From NCBI GenBank assembly GCA_051362555.1, contig CM120649.1:16072567-16136566 (forward strand): a DNA stretch of 64,000 nt. The letters run 5' to 3'. Positions 1-15,100 of the stretch are shown here, piece after piece. How positions within the stretch are numbered: position 1 is the first letter of the stretch; the number at the start of each line of letters is the position of its first letter. Source of the DNA: Lingula anatina. Its lineage: Eukaryota; Animalia; Brachiopoda. The notes under the pieces are model-generated. The model did no database searches, was not told where the DNA came from, and was given only the letters and a program-made list of their open reading frames with translations. The position numbers and the translations under genes were made by a program.

Positions 1-1914
1 TCACTTAATATGTTTAAAGAGTTTAAAATGCATATCTGAGACGAAATTGTTGGGGGAACTAGTATGGTAAATATGGCGGCGAGGTAATTAACCTCGTGGT
101 GTGTGATGGCAATAACATAGTTGGACAGCTTTTCTGTCACAGAGACAGAATGCAGGGGCAAAAACATTGGATCAGTGTTTGAAGAATAATTCGCATTATC
201 CGTCCCTTAATTCGTATATTCGTTCACGGTTAAATGTAGCCACATTGACCATATGCCGTAGCAATAATCCGACGGTTCAATAGCCCTTATATATATAGAA
301 CCTTCAGACCAATGAATCCTTGATTTAAAAAAAAAAAACGATGAAAATGTTACTTTTTTTCGGACCAATGAACCTTCGGACTATTGAGACGCCCCCATAT
401 GACCATATATTGGTGAATATAATGGTGAATGTATCGTGAATGTATAACCTCTCTAAATTCAGGAGGCCAAATGACTTCCATAGCCTTCACCTCCATGACG
501 GCCGGAATCAAGGACACCACTGTGTTCAGTCCTCCATCCTTCTGTAACAAGGTGTCCCGCAAGGTAATACACTAACGACATCTACAGTTCCTTAGAATCA
601 CTAACTATCGGTCTTAGCCGAACATTTGCAAGTTTTAAGATCGTTGTTTCAGGAAAGGTAGACCTAGGAATGGAAGCCTTGGGTCCCATATGATTAATTC
701 GGGTTAGGATTAGTCGGAGTACTGGGGTTAATATATGGGACGAAAGCAATCTCCACAAAGTAATGGGGAAAGGACTACGGTTCCTAGCGGTCTACCATTC
801 CTTTCATCTCGGACGAGAATTACGTCTTGTGTGTCGTACACACTACGATTCAGGTGTAGGCCTAACCATGCAGTGTGCAATTGGGGCATATTTTTTGTTT
901 TATTTTTATTTTTTACCCCAAATAGCATTTATTGGACGTACCATTATCGAAGGTGTTCATTCCGTTTAAGAGGTAGTGGAAATTAGCTGCGGGAGGGGCA
1001 ATAGGGGAGGGCGGGGCAATAGGGTGGAGGCTTAATGGGAGTGGGCGGGGCGATGGGGATCAGTGGAGCTATGGGGGAAGGCGGGACGATAGGGTGGGCG
1101 GAGCGATAGATGTGGATGGGGCGATGGGAGTGGACGAGATGATAGAGATGGCAGTGACAGAAATGCTGCATTATAATTCGTTCACCGTGTAAACTGCATG
1201 CGAAGTTGCAGCCCTTTTGTACATGTTTCGAATTATACAGGTGCATTCCGGGCCTAATTCATGCTCTATAAATAATGTCCATGTATTCATTTGTTGGATC
1301 ATAGCCAATGTTTTCAAAATGTGCTTGTTTCAAATAGGGAAATCATTATTTAACATTGTTTTATACTTCTAAATTATTTTTCCCAGCACCCTCATCACCA
1401 GTTACAGGGCCTTCATCGACACGCTATGAACAGACTGAGGAGATAGACAGACAACAAGGAAATGCGTACCGCGAACCACGAACAATGGATTATAATCCTC
1501 CATGATTGGTATTCAAAATTAAAGGTTATTTTTTATCTTATGACACCAAGAAACTGCAAAAGGGGAAAAAAGATTAAACATTAATTACTCAGTTATTCTG
1601 TGCAACTTAGTACAGTAAAGAAATTCACACGGTCCAGACTCACTTATCATGTAACACATTTATTAATATCAAATATTCTAGAAATAGTGCACTTAGTAGA
1701 TTATAATATCAGGATGAAATGCGATATGATAAAGTTTATTAATAAATACTTTTAATTCCATGCCAATTGGTTTGATTTCTATATCAAGAAACTCAACAGC
1801 GAAGGAAAAGTGGTATAGTAGAAAACGATACGGTAAACCTCTCTCGAGATATTACATCAGTAAAAATTTACACAAAGTAGCACCACTCTTTACAGTTGTA
1901 TTGAGTTATAATAC

Positions 1915-1917
1915 AAA

Positions 1918-1956
<39 letters not shown>

Positions 1957-1958
1957 AT
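1915..1958. repeat. (TAAA)n microsatellite (others at ~19440-19475 and 29967-30020)
   Basis: Seen directly. Confidence 0.9.
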
Positions 1959-2877
1959 ATAAAAGTTCCCCTCCGTTTAAAGGTCACGAGAATTACCTCA
2001 GTGTTAACACAGCACTCAGCACATCCCAACACAATTTTTAAATTGCTTTAGTTGAGACACACAACTCCAGGCACTCCGCTCCACACGCACACGCTGTGCG
2101 ATTGCGTTACTACTTTCTGTGCCTCGGCAAATGTACTGCAAAAGCTATCATAAACATAATCTACAAACTTTATTTCGCCCAAATTTGTTTCACAATAAAA
2201 AGTTTGACTTCTTTTTCTCTTAATTTTTTCTTTATTGTTTTGACTTTGCTGCTGTCAGCCAAGTTTGCCTTTTTCTTGTCCGAGCGAGTCCCCTGTCCGT
2301 TCCCAATTGATTTGTACAGATAGGGCCTAGATTTTGACCCATTTACGCCACGCTAAACCTAACCTATATGAAACTAAAGGGGGGGGGGGTGAATGAATCT
2401 AAACCCCGAGTTTCTGTACATCCCCTCCTCCGCCCAACCCCCTCTCTTTCCCGATTTCCTCGTGGACCATCCTCAAAGAATAGCATCCATACACATAAAC
2501 GGTTCATGGCAGAGCCCATTAAATTGAGGTATGGCCACTTGTGGTGGATAAATTGCCTTCCTGCCGCTACATCGGGAGCTCGTGTTACTGATACATGAGC
2601 TGTGCGTTGGAGGGACTAGCACGTTATCTCACCTAAGCCGACCAGGTGAACACAAACCACAGATTCTACATCCTTCTTTCTGTATATAAGGGTTCTCGGT
2701 GTTAGGAAAATGAGGGTCTGGGTAACAGAGACGTACGCATGATATAGGCCTACCCAGCGGCGTTGGGCAGAAACACAATGTAATCAACCAACAGAATAGT
2801 CCTCATGTTGCAAAGATTGGTAACTTTCATAAGACAGTGTTAAGTACATGTAGATAACCGTTTACAAACAATTTTAA

Positions 2878-3214
2878 AGGGATAATAACTCTTCGTATGA
2901 TATCTATATTTTACAATAAAAACATTGTGAATAACTCATAGAAATATAATATATGCTGTTTTACCACAAAAACAGCAGTTATAGCTATTATTCTGATATC
3001 TGAGCTTGTCTTTAGACCACGTGACCTCCATTGATGGCTATACTCTGTTAAAATCTCTTAAGAGATTTTAACAAAAAACCAAACTTTTTAGAAAAAAAAC
3101 AGGGACTTATTTTGAATGTAAAAATGGATTCATTAACCATTGGTTAGTATGAGAAAATTGTTGTTTACTCCAGGAAAATTCATTTTTTGGCCGAAACGAA
3201 GAGTTATTATCCCT
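2878..3214. mobile_element. Kolobok-like MITE with TTAA TSD
   Basis: TTAA|AGGGATAATAACTCTTCGT ... ACGAAGAGTTATTATCCCT|TTAA. Confidence 0.75.
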
Positions 3215-4038
3215 TTAAGGGGAGTGTTTTTTTTTTTTTTTTGAAAAAAAAAATGGACCTTTTACCATGGAACTTTTATCGTGGATCAAGGTCATGTTTT
3301 ACCCAGAACAGACCTTTTTCCCGGCAAAATGGGTGCTTCGTTCGCACTCCCTCTTCCCCCCCTCCCATCCCCCACCCCGATTTGACGGGTTCATTGTTTT
3401 AATACAGGTAGATTGTAGACATGAATAGTGTGTCTCAGAGGCCAATGTACACTCTGGTCTATTATCAGAATGTCTCTGTCGTAACACAACAGATGTAGTG
3501 GACTACCGGTATACGGTAGGTTTATCCTGAACGGAAGTCACGACCAACTCTCGGTCTGAATTTATTTTGTGAAAACCGGCGCCACGCCCTATTTTATGAT
3601 TTCATCAGCATGTGATTGCCCTGTTGTCAAATCCATAGCGATAACGTTAAAAATACCTTGAAGTGCGTGATATGGAATAGTGCAAACACATAATGAACTG
3701 ACAACATTTAGTTTCATATTTGCTTCAGCCCTGCAGAGTCATAGTGTAATGTGACTCCAGTTGTTCTTTGAGGTCAAATTTTCCTAGTGATCTAAATAGG
3801 ACCTATAGAAAAAGGTTAATGGTCCCAAGCAACTGCCATTATTTCTTGGAAATTAGGGCGGAAATTAACTGAGGGAGAGAGTAAAGAACAGCTGCTTATA
3901 TGCAGCTATTACTTACCTCTCTCGCCCCTTCCAACTCTCTCTTTCTCTCCCTGCCCCTCCCTTCCTCTCCCTATGTCTCTTCCCCCTCCCCTCCCTCTCT
4001 CTCTCTCTCTCTCTCTCTGATGTTGCCACACACACACA

Positions 4039-4211
4039 CAGGGGCGGATTCAGAGATATTTTAATTTCTGACAGTCTTCCAAATTATCTTTTTTGATCCA
4101 TTGTTCATTTTTGACCGTCTTCCGACAGAAAAAATTAGACACCCGTCAATGTAAACTTGAAAATCTGACCGTCTTCCGGAAGACCCAGAAGACGACCTAA
4201 ATCCGCCCCTG
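4039..4211. mobile_element. Short hAT-like MITE inserted in a (CA)n tract
   Basis: TIR CAGGGGCGGATT/AATCCGCCCCTG flanked by CACACACA. A second copy lies at 41690-41853. Confidence 0.75.
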
Positions 4212-5345
4212 CACACACACACACACACTTGCGCATGCCCTCATTCATTAGAAAACAAACATGCAACTTTTTGGTGGTGGCACCTCTATCACTAATACCC
4301 GTTGCTATGTCGATGAAGATGAAATACAAGATACATCAAAGGTGTTAGAACATGGGGTTTGCAGAAACCTCAATATAAACGGAGAAAGTCCAGGTGCAGA
4401 TTCGGAAAATAATTTGATAAAAATAAACCACATTTAAGCATTTTATGATCTCCGATAATTCATGAGGTTACAGCTATTTTTGGTGGTAATTCAGACGTGA
4501 AAATTTCCGGAATGTTGGACAGGTGAAGGCGTGATGGGATTATCGAGTTAATTATCTTGTAAATCCGTTCCTTCCCATCATCTTTCTTATCAGAATTTTA
4601 AGGGATACTTATCAGACACCTGACTCTTCTAATTACAGATCTGGTTCAAAGCCGGTGCTTCCTCTTGATTTATACCTCATTTATACTACGGAATCACATT
4701 TTTTTCGAATATAAATATAAAGCAAGCATTATCAATATTCCTTAAATATTTATCCGTTACCTCTTGACAGTGCAGTTGTAAGATACACGTAAAAGTAGAT
4801 TGCTTCTAAAGATGTCAACGTATTTTTCACATCAGTTGATTTGTCACGAATATAGTTATACAGAAAAGTTCTGACCTCACCCTCCCATTAACAAAGGTTC
4901 GTATGTGAAGGATTTAGGTCCAGGTTCAACCGAATTTATTTTTCTGTTTATAAGGCTAGTCTTTGCATGTTTTAAGAAATGATTTTTGATATCATAATAT
5001 CAAACTGAAATTCTTTGCAAAATTATCGATCTTATTTTCTCTTCCAAGATGATCTGCCATAAAAATCTGAAATCCGCATATTAAACCATAACGACATAAA
5101 CAGATAAACAGGAGTACTACACATGTCTAGTAGTCCTAGCTCCTCAACCATATGCCAGGCGGATATCCTAATTGTTCAGATATGTAGCATTGCAAGGGAA
5201 ATTTTTGAAAAAAAGAACTTTCTAAAACCGTATCCTTTATTAGAGACTGATAGCCACTGGTTTATGTTAAATGATTGATATGGCGCTTAAGATTATGTTC
5301 TTTTGCTTCTTGCTAGCACCTGGGCTCCAAAAATACTGAGAAAAA

Positions 5346-5525
5346 TAAGAGCACCTTCAGATTAACAGATCCGCGGATCAAATATGGCCAACCCACTGAA
5401 AAGCTTGCCGCTTACTTCCCGCTTAGACACCGAATGGATTCCGGGGATTGCGCAACAAGCATTCAAGTTGGTCGGCCATATTTGATCCACGGATCTGTTA
5501 GTCCGCTGTTCTGAATGCGCTCTTC
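5346..5525. mobile_element. Palindromic MITE-like element
   Basis: AAGAGCACCTTCAGA..TAACAGATCCGCGGATCAAATATGGCC ... GGCCATATTTGATCCACGGATCTGTTA...TCTGAATGCGCTCTT. A related fragment may lie near 43529-43600. Confidence 0.6.
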
Positions 5526-5978
5526 TTTTGCGTCCCCATTCCGCAACCTCGGCAGTACTAAGTCACAACAGTCGAAAACAAAAGAAAAAGGTGATGTCGG
5601 AGGCAATCCAGAGTGCTTGTATCATTTCAGGGGAATACCTAATTGTATGTCAGTGACACTATAAAATATATATTCCTCAAAATTGCAAAATGACCAGATG
5701 CAATTTAAGACAGCGAAATTAAACGCAATGATGTGGAGAAGAAGTAAATTTATTACAGACGAAAAGATTTGAAAATGTTTTATACAAAATATTTTTTATG
5801 TGTTTAATTGATCAGTAATTTACTTTGTAGAACTTTTATATTTTTCAATTGTTCTTTCACAGGTTTTAGTCTCTCATAACTCTTAGTTGGGTGGGTTTTA
5901 TTTTCATTGTGGTACGTTAAGAAAACCTATTACTTCAGGGAAAATACCAAATTGTATGGCAGCCTACATGTTGAAGTA

Positions 5979-6128
5979 TGACGTCACTGTTGTTACATGA
6001 CGTCACTAAAAGTTCCACCTGGCTCTAAGAAGCAGGCTATCCTTATAATGTAGATGCTGGAAGCTGAGCGGCACGTAGTCGTCTCAGCAAAGCGGGAGTC
6101 CAGGTAGCGCAGCGTAGTACAGGTAAGT
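5979..6128 (+). promoter_or_regulatory. Putative promoter and non-coding first exon of the small orphan gene: two CRE palindromes, a TATA/CArG-like box and a strong donor
   Basis: TGACGTCA at 5979-5986 and 5998-6005 (both ATGACGTCACT). CCTTATAATG at 6041-6050. GC-rich stretch ending in CAG|GTAAGT at 6122/6123. The link to the exon at 12097 is inferred. Confidence 0.5.
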
Positions 6129-9100
6129 GGAGCCCCGCCTTAGTCTTCTAGTTACTCAAGACAGTATTTGTACGGTGGAGGGAAGCAAAAAAGGTTATTG
6201 AAGAAAACATGTTCTTTTTGACACGGAAAGTGAAGGTTACTATTTCTACGTCAAAGAAATATCAAAGGTTGAAAATCAGATACTTTTCTCTGCGTTATGG
6301 AAAATGTTAGGTCGAATGTTGTTGAAAAGACAAATTTTAGAAGCTCGAGAAAATAGCAAAGGTTGTGTAAGAATGTTAGATCAATTTACCTCAATTATCG
6401 TGGAAATTTACAGGGCAAGTGTCGAACTCGTGAATGAAGACATGAGTTGCCCAGTAGCAACTTTAGTGAAGCATGAACTTATGTCGATTTCAGCTAGGTT
6501 TTAATCTTCGCCTGTGGTTTCTCTGGAGCTCCTGTCTCGATTATCTCATGGTTGAAGATCGTAAAGTAAAATTATAGAATATAATGTAAAATGTGGAAAA
6601 GCGCTGGAGTATTGAAAAAAAATGCGTATCAATTTTTAGTAACGGACAAGCCAGCCGACAAGCAAATTGCTTGAATGTAAAATTTACAGCTTGCATAATA
6701 CAACATACGGCAAAACATACGGTGAACAAACATAGACCAGAAACTAAATCATGTCCATATATTGAGAAAACAGCACATGGAGTAATAAACATGGAGTCCG
6801 ATGAAATCGCGGGAAAAAAGTGCGTGTGTATAAATATTCACATAATATTCACATATTTACACATTCGAATTTCGCCCCAGAAATACATAGAACAGTCATT
6901 CACTGCCGCATATTTATAAACAGGCAAATAGATTCTTTGTGTCTCCTAGACTGAAGATGAAAATTGTATCAACATGAAAAACAGTTATTGCCGGAGGTAG
7001 TTAACTCAAAGTCCAGATGTCTTAAAGTTGAATATGCCAAAATTGTCGTCGAGGAAACAAGAATTTCAAATGATGAAAATATATAATTTTTTTAAAAACA
7101 ATCTGAAGACCGTTAATTAATTAAAATGATATGATTTTTAAAAATTAACAGACAAGGCAGACTGTCAAAATACTGCAGTTGCCTATGGTACACTTGAATC
7201 ATATCTGAAGAGCACACTGCTTAGTAAAAAGAAAAAAAAAACTTTCAAAGTATTTAATCATAGTATTTCGTGCTTCTTGTGCTGATAAATATTTGGCTGG
7301 GACGATAAAATATTTAGATCAAGTGATACTGATACACAGAGCTTTATCCAGTAGGCAGAGATCCCTAACATTTATCAGGCCTGGAGTGGCGAATGGCCTC
7401 TTGGCTCTCGGAAAAGCGTTAATCTAAGTTGTAAATCTTCGTTTACAATACGTCTGGAAGGCTAAAGAGGGGCATCTGTCTCGTCCGTCTTACTAAGTTT
7501 GTAAAATTACCGAGAACGAGAGAACGCCGTTTATCTCATTTAATTTGACTGGGGTTGCAAATCCCATCACGGGCTCCGTGCTGGAGGCGCGCTCACACGC
7601 GGGACTGAACTGTGCTTACATAACCTTGGCTGTGAACGGTGCCGCGGCACATGTCAAGCAGTGGCGTAAACCTAAACTTAGTCATATCGCCTGTGTTCAA
7701 TTTTACTTCAAATATGCCGCTGACATTTTTAGTGGAGAAAGGCACCGGTCTGGTTCTTCCGAAAGTCGTGCTTGGAAATCCCTATGAGGCAAATTCAAAT
7801 GGAATTTCTGATTATTTACTTTTACGTATCCGCATATAGCACTTGGAGTTGTCCCACTTAGGGAGCGCTCAGAAAAAGGTTTTCGAAAACAGAGCGACTA
7901 CGTCACCCCTACTTCAAAAAGTTATATACCCCCTAGTCTGCCGTAAATTTGATTGGCTCTCTCTTTCCTCTGGGCTAGTAATCTGGGAATGGCGATTCCA
8001 ACGCGTGGATCAGCTAAATATCAGCGCAGTAATTATGAATGGGTTTCTTTAGGGAGTTTAGATGCGAGTAGCGTGTAGAAAGTTCACATTGTTGAAGACC
8101 CGCAAATGCTTGAAGGCAGTAGCTATACTCATCTGGGGTATAAATGTCACCCATGAAGCGCACATCGTAATGTGGTGTGCCAACGGCACAGGCAATTGCA
8201 ATAAAAGTGAAAAAAAAATCATCGTAGTCGCGGCTACATATATTGTGACTATTTGAGGTGAGAGTAGCATGGCTGAGAATTGCCGAAACAGCTAGGACCT
8301 ACAGGTAGACAAGCGTGCGCAGTTCCAATTTATCGTACTGATCAGCTGCATGTTCACAAAAGTTTCTCTACGTAAATCAGCAAGTCTTTCTCCAAGTTAA
8401 CTGGGTTTTTTTGGCCAGTGACAAAAAACCACGCTTCCTTGTAAGAATACATCGTCCAATTTGTCTCCAGTCAGAAACCTACTACTTAGCCCATTTTGCA
8501 CCTCGTATGCTAATATGGTAGCAGCACACTGTTCGTAATGGGTACTTGGTAATAAGCATTATATCCTGACATACCATGGCAGTTCAGTGTTTTTGGAGTC
8601 GAGTTTTGAGGATTAAGAATACCCCTGATACGTGCTCTCTTTGATCGTTTAAGGACAAGTTGGTCTCAAAAACATTCTTCAGACCGAGGAGCATGTAGAT
8701 ATTGATGATTTGTTCACTGAAGGGTTAATTAGGGTTGTCTGGATGAAGTTCTGTTGGCAGTAAGAGAACAAACAGTGCGTGCTGCCAAATACAGTCACGA
8801 TTACCTTTGATTTTTCTAAATACTGGTACATGTATCGGTATCTGTTAAAACATGCACATGGCCGTGTTTCCAAAAATAAGACAGGAGACAAAGAAAGAAA
8901 AGCAAAAAAGTGGAAGTTAATGTGTGGCAGTATTATCATAAAACATGTTTTTAAAAACTGGCTCAGTTCAATCATTACGACTTCTAGAAGAAGTTCTTGG
9001 AAACAGATAGCCATAAATAAATATAAGCAATTCAAATAACATAAGATATAAAATCAAAAGATCTCACATATAATTTTCTATACACCAGTAGGCCTACATA

Positions 9101-12100
9101 GCGAATCATCCGTTGATTCGCTTCCAAGTAACAGGTGATATGTTTATAGTACGGAAATGCTGTACTCTTATCAAAGCCGAAAACAGCCACCGAAGAAGTG
9201 GTATACCATGTACCGCCAAATGGAAATCCGGTGGATTGTTTTTTTTCGATATTTAATGTTATTTATCTTTGTCAAATTGACCATGCGCCAAATTTGGTGC
9301 ACGCAAAAAATTGGATAAAGACAAGGCATGTATTGTTTTGAAATATAGAAACATCAGTTTTAACTTGGTGTTACCAAACTTTTGTCCACCTGTGTAGCTT
9401 GAAACGCGGCGTTGCATCATGTAACGGACGTCCATCAAGAACAGGTAACGCTTCATCGTCGGTCTGTCTTATCGTGCGTCTTATCTCAGACACCCTGGGG
9501 TTAAGGTTAAGGAAAGACTAGGGATTTATCCTTATTATCAGAAGTTTGATAATAACAGAGGTTTAGTTTTATGTAATAGCTGGAACACGGGGCGGCCATT
9601 GGGCGCCTTTCGCCATCCATTTCATTCTTTTTGAATAATGTTTACAGTTCGTTTCTGAAGGATGTCTTAAATAGAAAACCACGCAAAAACCATGCCTGCA
9701 TACTTTCATAGACTGCAGCTTGCCTCAGCCACGGCACCATTCCATAATATGTAAACTATGAAACACCTTGAAAAAAGACAGATGGATGGGCGTACATCGG
9801 TGCCAAAATGTTATTTATTTATATCTCAGATGGTTTATTCTGCACTGGTGATGATGATGTTGTAGCAGAGGAAGAGTCATAAGGTTGCTTATGTTGTGTT
9901 GTTTTGAAGGTTTACCATGGTTTCGTTTTGTGTATATGTACCATTGCATTAGGTTTGACACACACCCGGTAACCGATATTTTCTCTGATATGTTTATGAA
10001 TTCACACGTGGCACACTGGCGACTACATGTATGTTAAATTGCCATCTTGCGTGATCTGATTCAAACAGTTCAATTGGATTTTGGATTTGAAAAATAAATC
10101 GTCATTCAACTGTCTTTTATTAAATGCATGAAACTAGGGAAATACTGATACCTGTGAGTTCCGGCTTAAACGCTCGCTTTTGCTTGGAATGATCACTATA
10201 CATCTATTCAAATGCTTATTCACAGCACACATTAAAGCACTAGTGTGAACTGAAATTCAGCAGATCAGATTTTCACAAAACACAAAAATCATTGGCTCCC
10301 CGGTATGCATTGCTGTACAATTTATCGAATGCAAACTAAGCCGCTTTCTTATACACGTACCAGGCTGCCGGGTTCTGTTTCCAAATTCAAAGAAACGCGT
10401 GTGTGGAAGAGTCGGGACCTTTCCTCCCATGTACTCTGCGGCTGTCTACAAACGCTGTTCAAACACTGATGTTTTCTGCCAAAATTACCAGAATCTAAAG
10501 TTAATAAAAAACCAACTGCGAAGTTCACCGGGTGCTTGTTCACCTGGTCCTTCTTTATACTATTACTGACACTTATGCGCTTGTTAGGGTCCTCATATTA
10601 GCTTTATAATGGCCCCGAATCCGTATACGTGTACATTGCAGGGGTTATACATCATTTGCTCCAAAGGAATCTGGCTTAAGGGCCCGTGCTGAGTATTGAT
10701 GAGCTATATATTTTAGTTTCTGGAAGAGCTGCTTAGAAAAATGATTGATGCGGTTCCCTGGGTCATCAAAGAAAAATCAACTCTTATGATAATTCGAAGA
10801 TATAGATCGATTGGCTTGGCATGTTCTAACCTATTGGCTTTTTATTTTGTCCGTCAGTATCAAAATGTTACTCTATTTTCAGAAACTTTTTGACTTTAAG
10901 CTAATGTTTGTTTTCTGGGGAGTGAGGCTATTTGTTTTAGTATACCTTTTGATGTTTTCGGTGCCCATGGTTATTGCGATTTTCATGCAATCAAGCTTCA
11001 CTTAAGATCATACAAGCTCCCGCTGTTGGCGACGAAACCGGACCCTGCGTCCCTCTGTGTTGGCGTGCTGGTGGCGCGTGTTTCGGCCATTCGGAAGGCG
11101 TAATCTTTTTAGCAGCATTCAAAAATATCCGTTGCCTGCTGTGATGTAGTAACAGTGTCCGTAAGGTGGAACGTGCCATAGATTTTGGGTTTGACCACTT
11201 CTACATAACCATGTACGTAAAAAAATGCATTTATCCGATTTATAATATCTTGACCGCTGGCCATTCGATGCCGGAGATGATAAACCCCAGCCAGACATAG
11301 GCAACAGATGTCCTATGGTAAAGATAACTGTGGCACGTACATCGAGGTGTTTGCGAAGCAGTAGGAAATCAGTTTTTTGTAATCAATTGGAGTCCTGCTT
11401 TTCAGAACGGCATCGCTAACCTATTTTCGCTTGGGTTCAAATACTAGGTGAAATTGCTGGCAAGGATCTTGAATGTGGGATATAATTTGACAAATTTGCA
11501 AATTTGCTGGAGCAAAAACAAAACTTTATTAGGTGAATGAACCGCTTATTGGGCACTGCATGTCAAAGTCTCTTGGGTCGAAAATGTTTAACATGACCCA
11601 AGACGAATTAGCCGTATTCAATATTGCATGTTTTACGGAAAGCGTTAATGTCTCACGTTTTATAATAAGTTAACCAAATTTAAGTACACTTTTACGTTTA
11701 ATACATAATAAAGTTAAGTCTTTAAGCAGGTCTCGGGCATCCAAGAGATTTGGCTGGATCCTTATTAATTTAGAACTGATGTGATAAGCAAGTTGAGCAT
11801 GGTATTCCTATTTTATTATCTTTTAGGGATCGTATATTAGAAAATTTTAAAATCACATGCCATCTCCTTGTACAAGGGAAATGTCATTAAGACCATGCTT
11901 CTTTACCAATAATTATAACGGAGGTTGTTAAAAGTCTATATGTTTACCAGCAATTTAAGCCTTAGCGTGAATCATATAACACTTCACAAATTAACTTCCA
12001 TACCTGGAAGCCAACCCATTAACCCACGTGTTATGACTCATAAACGAAGTTAGTGAGTTAGAAAACCATTAAGAACATTTCGCTTTTTTCTTTCAGCATT

Positions 12101-12115
12101 TCCTAAATAGTCAGT

Positions 12116-15100
12116 ATGGAGTTGATGGATTATTTGGATGAATCGAAATGGGAGAGAGTGCCCAACGTGAACAGTGAGGACAAACCGGCAGGTAGGACCT
12201 AATATATACACATATAGAGTTTCACTAAACTAATGACTCATTTCACGAAAGAATTTTAAGCATTTTACTGACCAACTTAGTATAACCCTTAACGGCTTTA
12301 TGTATTCCACTTAATGATCTATATTTCGTGTCTTTTTGACCAATGGTGCTTTTTACATTTACCAAATTCTCCTATTTACATGAACAATCTTTCATGCGCC
12401 ATTGCTAGATTTACAACATCCTATTTTCAAACCAATTTACAGTAGTTCTTCCTAACGTAACTACAATAATGGACAATTACAATACACAAAAAACAATCGA
12501 ATTTCCAAACATTTATCACCGTTATGTTCATTGAGTGCCATCCAATTCATTCAGTAAATAAATATATGTAAATATACATGTATGTACAGTGGGGGTGATA
12601 TTTTGGCATTTCATCATCCTCTGGTACGATATTTCATCTATTTGAAAGCATTACTTACACCGACGTTCCAGCATGCCTCTAACGCTGTGCTGAGTTGATA
12701 ATAGGTAAAGTACCTGTAGCAAAATTATGTACAAATATAGGAGGGTTTTATTACACAGTGATGAACACAATGAAAGTGCCCAACTGTTGCGTTTACAGTT
12801 TAAAAGGTGGTTCATTGCTGACATATAGAATGCCAACTGAATGGTATTTTGGTATATTTCTATCCACACCCTGTCAAAGCTGTCATCTCGCACTGATGTA
12901 TCCAGATCTGATTGAAAAAGTATGGTTATGTTAAACAACACTGGCATGGTGTTGTGTTAAGCAATTTTAATTGGGTTTATCGAAACCGCTTAAAATAGCT
13001 GACCCATCCCTCTACAGCTGAGCTGCTTTATGTTGGATAACCGGAATATTAGACATACACATCACAAAAAACCAAGCTTTCGACTCTCAGTCAATTTACT
13101 TTGTATACATTAAGTAGGCACCGTGTTCCTCAACCACCTGCTTTGATGTTAATATAGATTATCTCTTAATTTCGTAACACGGACGTTTATATAACCAAGT
13201 GGAGGAAACATTTACAAGCGTCCTACCTGGTTAAGATTAAAGTAAGATTGTTGTATCTGCGCAGTTCAAATAAATACTGGACAAGAAGGTTAGGTGTATA
13301 AACAGGGTGATGTATAAATATATCTATCAATTATTTACACGCGGTTTCAATTCCGAATTATGGCATTACCGTTAAAATAGTTTGGCTTCATGATGTAAAG
13401 TGTGCCAAAATATGTGTTAGGTCGATCTTGTTTAATAAGATTATCTGAAGTATCTTAAGTAATTGAAATTACAAAGATATATTAAACGTTTATTCATTAA
13501 AGTTAAACTATTAATATATCTATATCGTGCACGTTAGCATAGCTGATCAATTTTTAACTCGAATTATCAAACAATTGCCATATGAAACGGATCATATCCT
13601 TCAGTTTTATCTAAAACTGACGTGAGCATCGTTTGACTCGAAACAAACAACAAACTATCTTCCCAAATTGCCCAAAATGTATTAAATTGATTCTTATCAA
13701 AGACTGGTTTGTTACAATTTCTTTTAATACCTTGCTGAAATAAATATTTCAGTGCAATAGGCATAAATATCAGGCAATAATCTGCTTCCTCTATTTCGTC
13801 TCAAGAAAAGTAATTCGTTTGAAAGCGCAGTAGTAGTAGTACGATTTATTTCGTCTCAAGAAAAGTAATTCGTTTGAAAGCGCAGTAGTAGTAGTACGAT
13901 TTACAACGTAATTAAATCAACGGAAACGACTAGAGTATGGCGTTCCAAACTTAATTTGATTAAATACCGCTTCAGGTGTAAAAGGCCTGTAAGTGCTATT
14001 TTCTTATCATTGCCTTACTCTATTTAATTTCACTGGTGGATCTGTTTGCCCGATCATATCGCAAAACGGTATGCAAAGCGATAAATAACATAGCTTTGGC
14101 GTCCATAAAGGTTCTAACAAAACCGACAGAAACCCCAAGAATTCACGGCGCGAAGGAATAGGTAGGAGTTGTGTTCGCAGCGTAAGCTGTGCGTCGCACC
14201 CCTGCAGGTAACGAGAGCCCTCTTCAATCGGCACGTGCCAGCCCCTGCTTCTACAGTTCCGTTCCTTGTTATATATACGGCGGCCTAAGCTTTATGTCGT
14301 GGTAGACGCGTATACCCTAGCTGACATCTGAGGATTATATTTGTGATTATGGGGATGGTTTTAGTCATAGATTAAAGGAAAAATGACGGTTCCTTTACTG
14401 GAAGCCTTGGTAGCATCGTGGAAGGCAGGTGTGAGAGCTGTGCAGAATGCTTGGGTTAGGATGAGCGCTTGAAGAAGGCATTCAAACTATGCCTAATTAG
14501 TGGTTGTTTAAGGCCTCGGTTACGTTTTGGCAGCTACGGAATATATGTACATTTCAATTTTTGTTAACCCTTATATCTTTGCAAATACTTGCCCTAAAAA
14601 GGTATGAGGAAGTAAAGATTGTTGTTTGGCCCCTTTTCAGAAACGAAACAGTGTCCAGAATTATTCAGACATGAAGAAAACAAATACTTTGTTTGTGAAT
14701 CTTAATTCCTGAATATACTAAACAAAAGAACAAATAGAATGTTCCTTAAACCGTTTTTTTTCTTTTCTCTAGACGAGAGTATTAGGGTATAAATATTTCA
14801 ATTACCTAGGGTTACCGATACAAAATGGGACCATACGCAGAAAGCAATCTGAAAACGGTTTTGAATTTAATTTAGACGACCTCATTGCTAGGAGCTAAGG
14901 CTGCTATTTTCTTTTGATTATTATCAAAGGCTTCGATCGAAACCTTTCAAAAACGTCGAAGCAATCCAATCAAACGACCCAGTTCGACATACAGTGGTCG
15001 TAAAAATATACAAACTTTGCGTAAAACACACCATGCGGTTTCATTATGTTATCCGGAAGACAGCTATATTGCGTACACTTAAAGTCATCACATGTGGAGG

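Noticed and set aside
6300-11300. Numerous 60-118 aa ORFs
   Set aside because: No recognisable domains, codon bias or consistent splice pattern. Probably intronic sequence of the small gene; decayed TE fragments cannot be excluded.
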